64,000 bases of DNA from Vicugna vicugna (lineage: Eukaryota). This document shows positions 63,096 through 64,000 of this stretch, piece by piece. How positions within the stretch are numbered: the stretch's first letter is position 1; every line of letters starts with the position of its first letter. The notes below the pieces were generated by a model. The model did not search any database and was not told where the DNA came from. It worked only from the letters and a program-made list of their open reading frames with translations. The translations under genes were made by a program, and so were the position numbers. The stretch is taken from the NCBI GenBank assembly GCA_013265495.1, contig MU058065.1, positions 4,009,003 to 4,073,002 of the forward strand. The letters run 5' to 3'.

Positions 63096-63222
63096 TTTTT
63101 TATTGGGGGGGTGTGGTGGTAATTAGGTTTATTTATTTATTTTTAGAGGAGGTACTGGGGATTGAACCCAGGACCTCATGCATACTAAGCATGTGCTGTA
63201 CCACTGAGCTATACCTTCCCCC
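63096..63222 (-). mobile_element. Camelid tRNA-Ala-derived SINE (vic-1 type)
   Basis: Reverse complement ggggaaggtatagctcagtggtacagcacatgcttagtatgcatgaggtcctgggttcaatccccagtacctcc + aaataaataaacctaattacc; TSD gttttccagcatct (63082-63095) / gtttcctgcatct (63223-63235). Confidence 0.92.
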
Positions 63223-63244
63223 GTTTCCTGCATCTGATTGCATC

Positions 63245-63400
63245 TCTCTCCCACCACAACCTGTAACATAATTATTACTATGACCACTTTGCAGCTGAGG
63301 AAACTAAGAGCACAGATTATATAGTGGATATTTGCAAACACTACCTGGAGAATTGCAAAGGTCTCTTGGAGAACACCCAGGTTCTATTATAGTTAGTAAT
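63245..63400 (-). mobile_element. MIR fragment
   Basis: cacaacctgtaacataattattactatgaccactttgcagctgaggaaactaagagcacaga. Confidence 0.65.
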
Positions 63401-64000
63401 TTATCGATTCTATCACAGGCCATGAATTTTCAAGCATATTTATGGCAGTAGAACTTTCTCTAAAATGAAACATTACACAGAACCCCAAAACAAAAAGCAA
63501 AAAGTCACAGCTCTCCAACTTGGGTCTCTACAGATTTCATAGAACACAGAGTGGAAACCACCACTGTAGGTCGACTACAGTTCTGTGTGGGTCCGGCAGG
63601 AGACAGTCAGGAACTAAAAGTCGGCAGACACTCCTTTTTTGATGGCTTCGTGAGTACGTGTACCTTTTATTTTCATTGTATACTTTCATAGGTAAAGATG
63701 CCAAGAGCAGAATTTGTTGAATCTGCTTAGAGTTTAACTTAGTCACTTAGACATTTATTTTATTTTTTTTAATATATATAGTACAGACATGAATTCATGC
63801 TCTCTTATTTTATTGGGAGTAAATTTTGAAAAGAATTAATGATAATGCAAGAAACCTCTACTCAGAATGGCTCCGTAAGTTCATAATTTGAAATGTCCAT
63901 CCACCACTTCACAGAGACTGATGACAAGCAGAGAAGGGGGTTAGTGGTGGTGACGAGCAGAATTGAAACTCTTGGCTCTGTTGCTGGAAGCCAGCAGGAG

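Noticed and set aside
63150..63222. Functional tRNA-Ala gene
   Set aside because: Has a SINE tail and TSD, and substitutions in the D-arm and anticodon region; the same applies to the copy at 5225-5298.
1..64000. CRISPR arrays, operons, prophage, NUMT or processed pseudogene
   Set aside because: The sequence is mammalian. I saw no regularly spaced repeats, mitochondrial-like sequence or poly(A)-tailed mRNA copy.

Overview
This is non-coding mammalian genomic DNA, almost certainly camelid: it carries two tRNA-Ala-derived vic-1-type SINEs and several related L1 3' ends. I recognise no host protein-coding exon, RNA gene or processed pseudogene. The only protein-like ORFs are decayed L1 ORF2 and hAT transposase remnants. 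A large share of the window is fossil transposons: L2, MIR, old and younger L1, MaLR/ERVL/ERV1-type LTRs and hAT elements (Charlie1, MER5, MER20, MER58, MER63, MER96, MER112). These are interleaved with repeat-free, TAAT-rich and CpG-retaining blocks that look like conserved enhancers, plus one consensus CTCF site. The most unusual signal is three independent local copy-paste events, each with its donor about 0.9-1.35 kb away: a 189-bp inverted copy (3 mismatches), an exact 25-bp direct copy with microhomology at both ends, and an old ~125-bp direct copy placed in the poly(A) signal of an MLT1 LTR. A twin-primed L1 inversion and several perfect short hairpins are also present. Repeat family names are recalled from consensus sequences and boundaries are approximate; no database search was run.
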